Shown here: piece after piece, positions 52,161 through 64,000 of the stretch
Position numbering within the stretch: the stretch's first letter is position 1
How the letters are laid out: every line of letters starts with the position of its first letter
NCBI GenBank assembly: GCA_028023455.1
Contig: JAQFVV010000004.1
Coordinates: forward strand, 12,648,001-12,712,000
DNA: 64,000 nucleotides
Reading direction: 5' to 3'
Source of the DNA: Epiperipatus broadwayi
Lineage: Eukaryota; Animalia; Onychophora
The notes under the pieces: model-generated
What the model saw: the letters and a program-made list of their open reading frames with translations, nothing else
The model's database searches: none
Told to the model about the DNA's origin: nothing
Position numbers and translations under genes: made by a program

Positions 52161-55100
52161 TTTTTGATTTTTTTAATCATAGACTTTTTCATATATCTAA
52201 TGCATTTTTCTAGTAATGGCTATTTTTTGGGTTTTTGTTATATTATTATGGTACCAGCTTGATAATATAATCAAAAAACTCTTCATAGATAAAATCCATA
52301 AACTCGAAACTACTCTTTGGAAAATTTGGATAAAATGACACTGGATAAGAATTTGTTAAGCATTATCTTCTGACATGTGCTAATTACTCAAGTTTACACA
52401 ATATGATATAAAAAATAGTGAGAATAGAAGAATTATTGGTCATGTGATGTCTTAATAGTTTACTTATGTTAGACTCTACATGGAATACTTATTGCTGTTA
52501 AGCTGTCCATGCTATTAAAATTACCAGGCTCTTCTTATTTCATGGTAATTAACTGTTAAACTATGAGTTAAAACTTTTCTTACTAGATTTATTTATGGGA
52601 ACGGCTTGCATAAATTTAATAGGCAGATACTAAATGCTGGAACACTGATTAATTCTGTTCGAAACCATATTTTAAATATATTCCCAACTTTATGATGCAA
52701 CTAAGATGAAACATTAAAACAATCACTAATTCCACATTATTGTTTGACTTACAATATTACTGATTAACTAATTGCATGTTTCCTGTTTGTCCATAAACAA
52801 GCTTTACTTGTATTTCAAATTTATTTACCAAGTTGTTTATCAAATTGTTATATAACTTAAAAAATAACAATAATTTAAGCTTATATTTTTTTCTTTTTTA
52901 ACTTAAATTTTTATTTAACTGGACTAGTTTCACATAAATATCATATATTTACACAAATAAGATTTTATCAAATATTGAAATATGCTCTAAATTTCTAATA
53001 TCTCTTCCCATTTTCACATTAACATTTTATTTTTTATGATCATTTTCTTGACTCTTTCTCTTTGATATCTCTATTTAACTGCAGGTTGTGAAATCTACCA
53101 TTCACTTGTTTTATTAACTTTTATCTATATACCTTATTTAATAATCCTTACTCAAGATTTGATAGATTTTAAACAAGGAAATGCTCATTCATTCCATAAA
53201 AGCGTGATAATCCAATAATTGATTGTCCTTATGTTATAAGCAATGTCTATACTATTGCAATACAACAATACCTGAAGAAAAGCAAATAATACTACTCGAA
53301 ACATTGGCAATCTATTACCTTGTGTTATCTACTAATTTGTATGTTATGACTAACAATTGTTTGAGAAGTTTAAGTAAAGTTTAAAATTTTCTAGAATTCA
53401 ACATTTAATGATAGATGATGGAAATAGTCCAACATACTATCACATCTAAAATAGCATCATCACAAAAACATCAGGCAAACAATTTGTATTTCCTGGTTTT
53501 TTTTTAAAGATTCATACTCTATGTTTACAGTAATACTATTTGCATACTTTCATAACCTAATACTCCATCATGCACAATTAATTCCTATTTAAATATATAA
53601 GATGTAAAACATATTTCTCTTAACAACAAGAATTTATATGGGGATTATTTATATCTCTACATTTTTTTTAGATTACATTTTTTCAGTTTTTAATGTCCAA
53701 TTTCAAAGTATTGAATGGCAACTAATAATGATCTTTACAATACTTTTGGTTTAGTCTATTGTTTAGGATAACATCATAGCTCCATTTTCTTAAGTATTAC
53801 ATTATGATTTTCTATAGGAAGTTTATCTTGAATTTCAGTCATGGCATTTCATTTAATATCTGGTAACAGGTGTTTTTATTAGGATCTCCATTCTTTTTCA
53901 TATAGATATTATATAATGATTGCCATCAAATATTGTTATACTGTTTAATTAAAATAGTTTTTCTATAGAGCAACCAGTGAAAGAAAATGTTATTACAATA
54001 ACTTTTATATATTATTTTGTTGTGTAAGTCTATATGATAGAGATACAGAATATGATAGATCTTGAAATGAGCTATAAGTAGGCTTTATATATATATATAT
54101 ATATATAAGTAGGCTATATATATATATATATATATATCAGAATTTGAGTGAGAACAAATTATTATCCTAAGCTTCGAGTAGGTATATTTATGAGCATAGA
54201 CTAATTCCCATCTCAAGCACCAATCTTATCGATTAATAAGAATTATACCCCTCGAAAACAAAAGAAAAGGTTCCAGTGGACCCGTTTAGGTACCTTATCC
54301 AGATTAGCGCAATATCAAGGTCTGGGAGACAATGTCTATTGGGAGAATGAAGCCAAGGTTATCTTACAAAGAAACATCATATATATATATATATATACCT
54401 TTATAATTTTCCTATCTGCCCTACAAATCTTATTATAATAATCCAGAAGTTATAAGAATCCCATAATTCAAATAAAGACATAAGTTATTGTTAAATTCTA
54501 AGATTGATTAATACACATATATATTAATATCTCAAACATATGACTCATTCATTCTGATACATATATATAAGATTAATATACACATTCATGAAAGAGTGCA
54601 ATTACATGTCAGAGTTGTATTTATTAAATGATTTAATCTATTTTCTAATTACTTTCTTTAAAGTGGAATAAAGTACATGTTTCTTAATTTATTATTATTA
54701 AGTGTTCATTTAATATATATTGAGAAAAGGTCAAAATTACCTTATTTGAGAACAAACATTCATGTGTTAAGGCTGATGATCTGTAAGCTTACAGTATTAT
54801 GATGGTGATGGTTTTAGTGAGAGTTGTTGGTCTGAAAGATGATGAAAGATTCCATAAGATTTTCACATAAGATAATCCATCCTAGAGGTTGGATAGATGA
54901 TTCCAAACTTAATTGAACGAAAGTTCTAGCTGTTTGGAGTTCCGTGGTCATTTCACTTGTTTGAACTAGATGGCAAAATCTCTATAGATAAGGTTCAGGC
55001 AGGTCACACAAAAGCTGTCCACTGGTCCGGTCCAATGAAACTGCACACATATTTATCCCACCATTTCGATGGAGTCCATTATTATTAAATTTTATTAATT

Positions 55101-55464
55101 AATAATCACGTTACGAAATTTTCTTACCACGCTTCTTTCTTTCTAACCCTCCCTTTGCCGAATCACTTCAAAACCAAATATATATATATAGTTCTTTTAT
55201 GTTAATGCTCTTCCACATCACCCTTTTTTTTATTTATCCATATGCCGATGAGCATATATCAGGAATGCTTATAGCTTCCATTGTTCCAAAATACTAAATT
55301 GACCAGTTCTTGGAATTCCGATGACCCGCGTCATTAACCGAAAACGCCCACAGCACAACTTTCAATTCTTTTTATTACTCTCCAGCCTTATATGTTCAAT
55401 TTGCTTTCATTAAAAAACATGCGCTACTAATGACATTATTTACATCTATAACTTACGATATTAA

Positions 55465-56230
55465 CCTTTTAAGCGCAAATTATATAATTGGCCAAATGAG
55501 TTAAAAATCAAAACTTTTAATTGGCCAACTCACAACTTTAACAAAATCAATTGTTAAAATAGATTCATCTTTTAATAATATAAATATGTTAGTTTCGTTT
55601 GTAAAAAGTATATTAATAATTTGTCAGATTATGAAAGTAAACGAAAGTCTTTTCAAAAATAAAATTTGATTTATAATTTAAAAAATATTCAATTGCAGTG
55701 AAATAAAAGTAACCGCTATTTGACCAACCAAAAACATTTCTGACGCAATAGTTTTTTTTTTCACTTTTACGTTACGATAAATATGTAGCAATAAATAAAT
55801 AATTCTTGGTAACATCCTAACTATTTTTCTAAAATAATTTGATTTTTAGTATTATTTTATCAATAATAATTTGTAATTCAATTCAAATATTGTTTAAAAT
55901 GTTGTAAACATTCGTTTATCATTTTCGAAATAAAACACAAAACGACCGTAACTTTTTACTTTTTGGCAGCCATTTTCCTTTTTGACAGAAGTTTGACAGC
56001 CAATAAGATTCAAGAAAAGGTGGTGAGAAGTCGTGCTTTGGTTTTGTTTGACATATATGGTCATTTTTATTGATATTTTACTTGTAAAATAATTCTGAAG
56101 AGGGCACCATCTTATAGAACTTTTGATTTTCTTTTCAATGACGTATAATATGTATCCATGGGATAAAAAGTAGCCAATTTAGAGTGACATCAAATCTTTT
56201 CATTTTTTTACAAGTCAGACAGTCAAACGG
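55465..56230. mobile_element. Non-autonomous piggyBac-like element (TTAA-flanked)
   Basis: TTAA|CCTTTTAAG at 55461 and GTCAAACGG|TTAA at 56222-56234 (imperfect CCNTTT termini); internal blocks shared with 25372-26420; no ORF. Confidence 0.45.
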
Positions 56231-56543
56231 TTAATAAACAACAAAAATATAAAATACAACTCCACATATAACCGCTTCTCTTCAACTTCACATACAAATC
56301 TGTTAGTAATTAATTTTACACAACACAATAACACATGTAATAAATATATATGTATACATTCATGCCTTTAAATGGTTAATGTATTTTACTCACACTCTTT
56401 TCTAACAGGGTTCGAATGAATATCTATAAATGTTCTCGCATCTATCGATTTAATTCATAATAACAATCGCAATAACACTCTTTTGTAATTATCATTGACC
56501 TTTACTTCCTTTAGTGCCCATATTCGAACCCAGATACTGCTAC

Positions 56544-57554
56544 AATATATATATAATTACCTCAAATCCAAAGCTCAACCAGACTAATCAAGAAAATAAA
56601 ATCAAAAACCGAACTAATGGTTTCACTGCTACAAGCAGACTTCTCAAATGTAAAGAACTACAAAACGACACCATATTTATATTAAACATTACCTACAAAT
56701 CCATTTACTTCCCATACACCCTTAATATTAAAAGAACTTTTAAATAGTTAATTGGTTCAGAATAATAAATTTTCAATAATAAAGATTCTTTAATTCTTTT
56801 TATTTCATTTCTCTTAATGAAGGAAAACCTTAGCTTCTTCAAAATTAATAGTGAGGCCTTATCTTTTTTATGAACATACAAAGCAGAACTAAAATATTTA
56901 TTTCGAACCCTACTTTTATGTATATTTTCCCTTTCATTTAAGCTCAAACTATTCTGACCTATATAAATCTTCTTACAAAACAAGAGATAATATACACTAC
57001 CCCAGAAATAGTATAATTCGTATCATTTATTAAATAATACAAAGGAAATTTTTGATAGGAAGATTATTCCTGGGGTAGTGTATATTATCCCTTGTTTTTA
57101 TAAGGTTTATATAGGTCAGAATAGTTTGAGCTTAAATGAAAGAATAAAGGTACATAAAAGTAGGGTTAGAAATAAATACTTCAGTTCTGCTTTGTATGTC
57201 CATGAAAAAGATACAGGCCACATTAATAATTTTGATAAAGCTAAGGCTATCTTCTTTCAGAGAAATGAAATTAAAAAAATTGAAGACTCTTCATTATTGA
57301 AAATTTATTATTCTGAAGCAATTAACTTATTTAAAAGTTCTTTTAATATTAAGGGTGGGTATGAAAAAATGGATTTGTGGGTAATGTTTAATATAAATAT
57401 GGCATTGTTTTGTAGTTCTTTACACTTGAGAACCACTGTTTGTGTTTTTGATTTTGTTTTCTTGGCTAGTCTGGCTGAGTTTTGGATTTGGCATAATTTT
57501 AATTATTTATTGACTAGTTTAGCTTTTTGCGTATACATTTATATATATATATTG
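56544..57554. mobile_element. Foldback of a Penelope-like 3' end (GIY-YIG domain), head-to-head, 54-nt spacer
   Basis: 56544-57010 is the reverse complement of 57065-57554; candidate 9-bp TSD TA(C/T)TGCTAC at 56535-56543 and 57555-57563. Confidence 0.85.
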
Positions 57555-57566
57555 TATTGCTACTGA
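57066..57566 (+). pseudogene. Penelope-type GIY-YIG endonuclease domain (5'-truncated, no RT)
   Basis: PGVVYIIPCFYKVYIGQNSLSLNERIKVHKSRVRN...SALYVHEKDTGH..NFDKAK: GxxY...YIGQ..R...H pattern. The minus arm encodes a deleted copy (ORF 56705-56983). Confidence 0.85.
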
Positions 57567-59128
57567 ACAGTGGTACATGTCTGTAATTTTTATTAAAAAA
57601 TTAAGATAAAACTAAATTATAAGTGGCTTAATTTAAAAAATTTTTTTAAACAAAAAATTAAAAAAATAAAAAATACTACATGGTATTTTTATTTTAGAAT
57701 AAAACTTCTTAGCAGGAGGGGAGAGAAATGTATAATAGAATTAAAGAACTGTTAAAACTTTTCTCTCTCTTTTTAAAGAAAAAAGCTTTTATAAAGTAAA
57801 AGCTAAATAAATATGTAAAATTTAAAATAAAATTAGTCTGTAAAAATTTGTTTGTAAAAAAAATAACTTTCCTTATGTAATTAGTTTATAAGATTTTGAT
57901 TAATAATAGAATCAAAATCAATAATTGTATTAATTAAAAAAGAACTGTAAACCATCTTATCGAAAATGTTTAGATGAATCTGAGCAAGAGATTAAGATAA
58001 CCAGAAATGGAAAATTAATTAAAAGACATTTCAAGTTAAGATTTAAATTAAAAAATAATGATAAGAGATTAAAATAATAGGAGAGAAAAGAGTATATAAA
58101 GTCACTCTCTCTATTATTAGTCAGTCTAGTTTGTGATATAGTCTGGTTTCTGATATATTCTGGTTTTGTGATATACAGTTGGGGCTGCAATTTGCTACAT
58201 TGGTCATCTGTTCAGATTATTATTATTCAGTTTGAACAAAATGCAGAATCCAAACAACCAGAGATCCAGATATTCAGAACACAGTAGTAAGCCAGTCACT
58301 TACTGATGTGGTCAACATTAAGGAGAAGCCGCATAAGCCATGGAGGTGTCGAACAGGGCTTCATGCCCCAAACCTCCACAAGTCAACTATTCCACCTGGA
58401 ACAAAAACTAGAAATTGATACTGAAATCATAAAATAGATGCTACCACTATTCTCCCTCTCTCTCTTCCCCAATCCTGAGTCACAAGATGAAAACAAGCTA
58501 TAAGCCATTGATGGAGAACCAAAAAGGCCAACTGCTTGGAAACTACACAAAATGAAACCCTAGGTAAAGAAATTTAAAATACATTCTGATCACAGTCTAG
58601 ACTCCTTATATTTAAATGAATGAACTTTAATAAATGAAGAATTATCATAATTTAGCCTGAGTAATTACTTATATGTTTTTTATATGTAAATTTCAATATT
58701 ATTGCATTATATTATATATGTGCATGTTTAAAATAAATATTAATGTTTGCCTTAATTGTTATTTTGTCTATTTTCTCTTTCTCTCTTGTCACTGCATCAC
58801 CAATCAATTATTGTATAAGTTACTTTATGTGTTAAGTACATATGCTGAACCCTGAGGCAGAGTATGAGCTACTCATGGGATATTTCAAATGCTGGATTAT
58901 GGGCCTACTGTCCAAGCATGTTAGTTACTTCTTGTAATTAGCTGGCACCTGAAGTTTACCTCTAAACCAATAAAATGTTTGGATGGTAAGGGTTTGAATG
59001 TAGCAGTTGAGGTGGGCCATGGTCTGGAAATGTGATTGTGTTATGCTTTGCATAGCTCGGTCTGACTGTGGGTATCATCAATAGCTCTGCTATCGATGGT
59101 ATTCTCCCCTCTGCTTGAAGGGCCAGTC

Positions 59129-59562
59129 CATTTACGTAATGTTGAAAACAAAATTTAAAATTATGTTAAAAAGGTTAAAAACCAATGAAACTTTTTCTAT
59201 TAAATGGACCCGGTTCAATATATATTGAGAGACTGTCTTATGAACCACAATACATATAATATTAATATCATTTATGTTCTTTATTACATTTACAATACTT
59301 TTTACAACCCACTATTGAAGTTAAGATTTGAAAATATAAGTAGAAATTTTGAAGAAGTTGATGGGATCAAAATCATTGGGTTGTAAAAAGCGAAAAAAGT
59401 AATAAAGAATGTAAATGATATTAATATTGTATGGATTTGGCAATGCAATAAAAAAGATAAATTTAGAACAACAACACAGAGAATCTGATAATGTGCAATG
59501 CATACATATTTAAAGTTTAAAGTAAAAGAAATAAACACAAATAAACATTACTTACGTAAATG
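59129..59562. mobile_element. MITE-like or foldback repeat
   Basis: catttacgtaatgtt (59129-59143) vs aacattacttacgtaaatg (59544-59562); inner inverted repeat 59258-59310 vs 59378-59428. No TSD identified. Confidence 0.45.
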
Positions 59563-60939
59563 TTTAAAATAAAGTCTAGAATGATTTAAATATTAATTAA
59601 TTGTATATTTCTTGATATTTTTGAAATAGTATATATTATTTAAAATTGTATAAAAAAGTCTCTGACCCAAATCTGCTTTCTTATTTCTCGGTTTGTCATA
59701 AAATTTAAATGTTTAATTTAACAACAAATAAGTATTTTTGGCTAAACAAAAATGGTTAATAAGTTTTTGGTAATACGATCATCCTTAAAGAGATTTAGGA
59801 AAAATTTTAAGTTAGTAATTATTTTTGAAACTATTTTTTTGTTTTGATATGTACAACAAAATAAAAAACAACATTATACTATAATTATAATAACTAATTA
59901 AAAAGAATAACTACTTAGCTTAATTATCTGTTTATCAAATTGGTACATTCCTTAGTAGGTGTTAGAATTTAATTGTAAAAAGGCAATCAAAAAGAGCATA
60001 TGTTAACTGTTTTTGTGCTGGATGAGGTTTGGATTCCCAAACAAATATTCATAGAGTCTCTTGCTGATAAATATTCAATATGTTGATAGCAGACTTTAAT
60101 TGTAGTACTGACATTCAGAGATGATAGAACTGAATCTGAGTTGAGGACTGTAAGCATTACCTTCTCTATCTGTTAACCAGAATACGCTATACAAGTACCT
60201 ATATGAGAAGCTGGCCTACTTGCAACTATAGGCCAAGGAAAAAAGCTTAATGAGAGATTCCAATATATGTACATTAAATTATTAGAGATAAAATAAAATA
60301 TTGATGGAAATTCAGTAAATATACATTTTATTTATATATGGAAGCGTGGATAAGAGAAATCTACAGATAGTAGAGTAATCCCCCCATATATATTTGATAT
60401 GTTAATTCTAATAAAGAAGAATCTATTATTAGCTATATCTAAAATACATATGTATGAAGCACACACAGAAGAATTTGCTGATCTGTAAAAATATACACAC
60501 GTTAATTCAAACACTAATATTAGTGTTAAAAATATACTGTATTTTTATTTATTGTCCAAAAGAAAAAAGTATTTAAAGTATACTGTATTAATTTGTTTTC
60601 AGCAAATAATTTTAAATTAACCAATTAATGGTGTTTGTGGCAAGAAAATAAAAAGTAAATGACCAGTGAAAGTCCCAGAGAATTAAAAAAAAGAATTAAT
60701 TTAAAAGCTCCCAGTTGATAGAAACTCTTGTTACATATATTTTCTTCCAATTTTGTTGTCTTTCATAAGATTCTGTTCATCTATATAATGATCTTTTTAC
60801 ATATTGAAAGATAAATGAAAATTACAAAATTTAAAATATTTTAATCTTACAATTGAAAGACAATTTAAAATTAATAATTTAAATATTTTATATAAAAAAC
60901 CTCATGTAAATCTTTTTTTTAGATAAGTATATCATTATG

Positions 60940-61292
60940 CATGTGGGGTTCAGATTGACCTTAGGTCAACATGGGTGTGACAAGAATCTCTGCCTCATTC
61001 CATCATTAGATTTTCAATTGAATGGGCGGTTGAAGAGTTGGAGTGTGTAGTAGATTGGAGCCTGTCTATTAAAGTATGAAGATTGTCTATCTTAATATAT
61101 ATCTGAGCACTTATAGTATATAGGTGTGGGAGATGATAATCTGGACCAACTGATGATTGCTGGTTTAGCATGAAATACATATATTGGTGATTATTTATCT
61201 TTTCAACATATATGTGTTTAAGTGTATCAGTGTAATTACATAAAGTGGAGAGTGGTGGGTCGTGTGAAAGTCTGTGCTCATATACCCTATAT
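60940..61292 (+). mobile_element. Dispersed partial family A copy
   Basis: Aligns to 11718-12120 with two internal deletions; contains an HHR. Confidence 0.88.
61145..61188 (+). ncRNA. Type I hammerhead motif (family A, helix III loop ACAU)
   Basis: accaa CUGAUGA uugcugguuuagcau GAAA u-acau-a UA uuggu. Confidence 0.7.
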
Positions 61293-61389
61293 AATAAAGC
61301 ATTATATATTTTAAAAGTAAATTACTTATTATTAATTGAAATTCTATCACATGTTTTAACTTTTCTTGTACAACACAAGGCAAGAAATA

Positions 61390-63420
61390 GAAACAGTTTG
61401 AAATGGAATTCTTATATTCTTAATATAGTCTGTTGAGCATGCTTTCAATATTTTTATAAAGATTTCATAATCATGGCAATACAGCTACAAAGTGTGGGTG
61501 ACCTACTTTTTAGAGAGGGAGAAGCAGGATTTTTTTTTTGTCTATGGTGTTAGCAATGTTGGCAATATTTTAAGCTGCCTTTACATTATATACCCACATT
61601 GGAGGTTCAAAGATATGGCTGTTTGTTTTCATGATATACAAATATAGATTAGTGATCATAGTTGTCCTTGGCTCTTTTATACATATGCATGAGATTCTCC
61701 AAAATAGACCACATTGCAATTAGTGTGATTTCATAAATCTTGTACACAATTAGGGGGCCTGTTCAGGAGAGGGGGATGTCTTTGGAGTTATTAATTAAAT
61801 AGTTTAAAGTGAATGGATATAGAGGCTTATTCTGTATGTTACTGAGAAAATATTGTTTATATTTCTGGACAAGTTGGGAATGTAGGGTAAAGATATCCAG
61901 GGTTTAACATTGGTTGGCATAGGCCTGGAATAGTGTTTGGTATAAAATCTATTAACAATATTAATGAGCTTCTTGTATTACCAATGCCACAAAAATGACA
62001 AACAATTGGCTCACTTATCAACTTGGATATACCCCATTTACAATTAAATCATCTTTTGGGTGTGTTCACAAAATTAAAAATACAATAATTAATAATTAGT
62101 ATAGACTCGCATCATCAGATATTACAGAACTATATGGATCTACATCTAGAAAACATTTAATTGAGATAATTAAGAACGTGTTAATAAATTCTAATTGCCC
62201 ATCTAGGAGAACCAACTTCATTACTAAATACCTTAATTGGATTACTGAAAACATAACTGCCCTCTTCAACAATGTTAGTATAAAATGTAAAATAGTTGGC
62301 CAATGGGACTGCCTACTAATGGCATAATATCTAGCATCATGTTAAACTGTGTTGAATCAGGGTCCTTCAACATATTTCCAACCCACACCTGAAATTATAT
62401 ATGAGATATATCATTTTTATTTGTGTTTCCCAGCCTCAAATCAATAATATAAAACATGATTTAGCACAAAAATTCTTATTGACCTGGATGATCAAGCATG
62501 AAGATCCCCTCAAAAAAAGAAAATTTATCAACTTGTATATTAAATGGACAGTGGCCAACTAAACTATAAAATGATAATAAAACCCATCCACAATAGAGGT
62601 ACAATATACTAGAATCCTTGATTTCCAATACACATAAATTCACAGGTTAGAAAGTATTTCTACATAGAAACTTCAGTTTGTGCAAACTCAAATCAGATTA
62701 AAAATCTAATATTGACAATTATATCAAAGACTTATGACACTTTGGATATAAATTCATGATGCTCATTAATATTGTTAATAAATATTATACCAAAATCAAT
62801 TCCAGACCGACACCAACTAATGTTAAACCCTGGATATCTCTATTATACACATGTCCAAAAGTATAAACATTTTCTCAAAGCATATAGAAACAACTTCTGC
62901 ACCCCATCCACTCTAAACCACTTAATTAATAACTCCAAAGATAAACTCTCTCCTCGAACAGAGCCCCCAAATTGGGTACAAGATTTCCTGTTATCATACT
63001 AACTGCAATGCAGTCTATTTTGGAAAATCTCATGCAGGATAGTGCACAGCACCAATATTTGTATAAAAGAGCCAAGAACAACTCCTATCATAAATCCGTA
63101 TTTGTAGATCGTAAAAATAAACTCAGTCATACATCGGCCAGTGTGGTAGGTTTAGAATGGAATGATGCAAAATGTAAGGTAATGGAAGCTTGGCATATCA
63201 CCAACAATGGTAATGCCATAAACAAAAAAGAATCCTTCCTCCTCCTCTCTAAAAAGTGGATCATGTAAACCTACTTATTTACATATTATTATATCACACT
63301 ATTCACCCACACTTTGCAGCTGTATTACTATGATTATGATATCATTATAAAGATATCGAAAACATGATCAGCGTACTCTATTAAGATTATAAGAATTCCA
63401 TTTAAGACTGTTTTTATATC
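61390..63420 (+). pseudogene. 5'-truncated Penelope-like element (about 61980-63420) preceded by an inverted copy of its own 3' end (61390-61975)
   Basis: SSDITELYGS (about 62110-62140), PMGLPTNGIISSIMLNCVE (62300-62356), YKISCYHTNCNAVYFGKS (62977-63030), KVMEAWHITNNGNAINKKES. The reverse complement of 61390-61975 aligns by eye to 62760-63420 with substantial divergence. Confidence 0.8.
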
Positions 63421-64000
63421 TCACTTCATATAAGAATTTCATTTTCAAGCTTTTCTTAATTTGCACTTCCAAGCATTTTAATCTGAATTAAAATTGGATA
63501 AAAAAGTTTAAATATGTAATAAAATTATAAAGTAGTATGGGTTTGCATCATAAACACAAGGTATTATTTAAAACTTGCAAGTCAATTAGTGTTCTAGTCG
63601 AAAGAATTAATTTCCTGGAAATGTTCTCAAAATACAAAATATTTCTGAATTGCTGTAAGCGACAGATAAATAACACAATTCACAACCATGACAAAATTCT
63701 AACAATTTTATAGTATGCCACTTTTAAATCTACAAAAAGTATAATTATTGATGACTCTTTGCTGCTGATGCCATGTTTATTAATTATATTTGCTTTTTGA
63801 TGATGATTTGCAGATTCTTTGCTCAAAACTTTCATTCAATTGCAAATGGTGCTCTAGCAAGTATTTAGATCCATTATAAATTGATAATAATTACAAATAT
63901 TCTCAACTTTTTCTCAAAGCAATGTGAAGGTCCTCAATCAGAGAAATTCAAGAAAATTGCTGTAGTCACGTTCTCTTAAATTGTACTTGTATAATTATCT

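Noticed and set aside
54773-54794. CTGATGA followed by palindrome ctgtaagcttacag as an HHR
   Set aside because: No GAAA and no helix I or III follows.
57426-57438. TTGAGAACCACTG as a hAT right TIR
   Set aside because: It lies inside the PLE foldback arm, comparison with the other arm shows a deletion created it, and it is 35 kb from the hAT.

Overview
AT-rich eukaryotic (animal-like) genomic DNA with one 500-N gap (1367-1866). No intact host protein-coding gene can be supported; most listed ORFs are chance, repeat-derived or transposon remnants. The window is mostly old transposon debris: an RTE-clade LINE (15.0-17.5 kb), a Buster/Charlie-type hAT transposase pseudogene (19.8-22.3 kb), an L1/Tx1 3' fragment (39.7-40.6 kb), several Penelope-like (PLE) RT/GIY-YIG remnants, a tRNA-Val(TAC)-derived SINE (3 copies), MITE-like elements and microsatellites. 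The main signal is a set of non-coding, hammerhead-ribozyme (HHR)-bearing repeat families: A (472-bp unit), B (about 450 bp), E (369 bp) and C (short). They occur as tandem or circularly permuted units and as head-to-head inverted composites flanked by 9-17 bp target-site duplications (TSDs). The best case is a 2.39-kb insertion (10215-12603) of about 5.3 family-A units with three intact type I HHRs and a 17-bp TSD (1 mismatch). This fits retrozyme-like self-cleaving, possibly circular, RNAs copied from multimeric or circular templates by PLE machinery. All structures were read by eye; no alignment, folding or database search was run.
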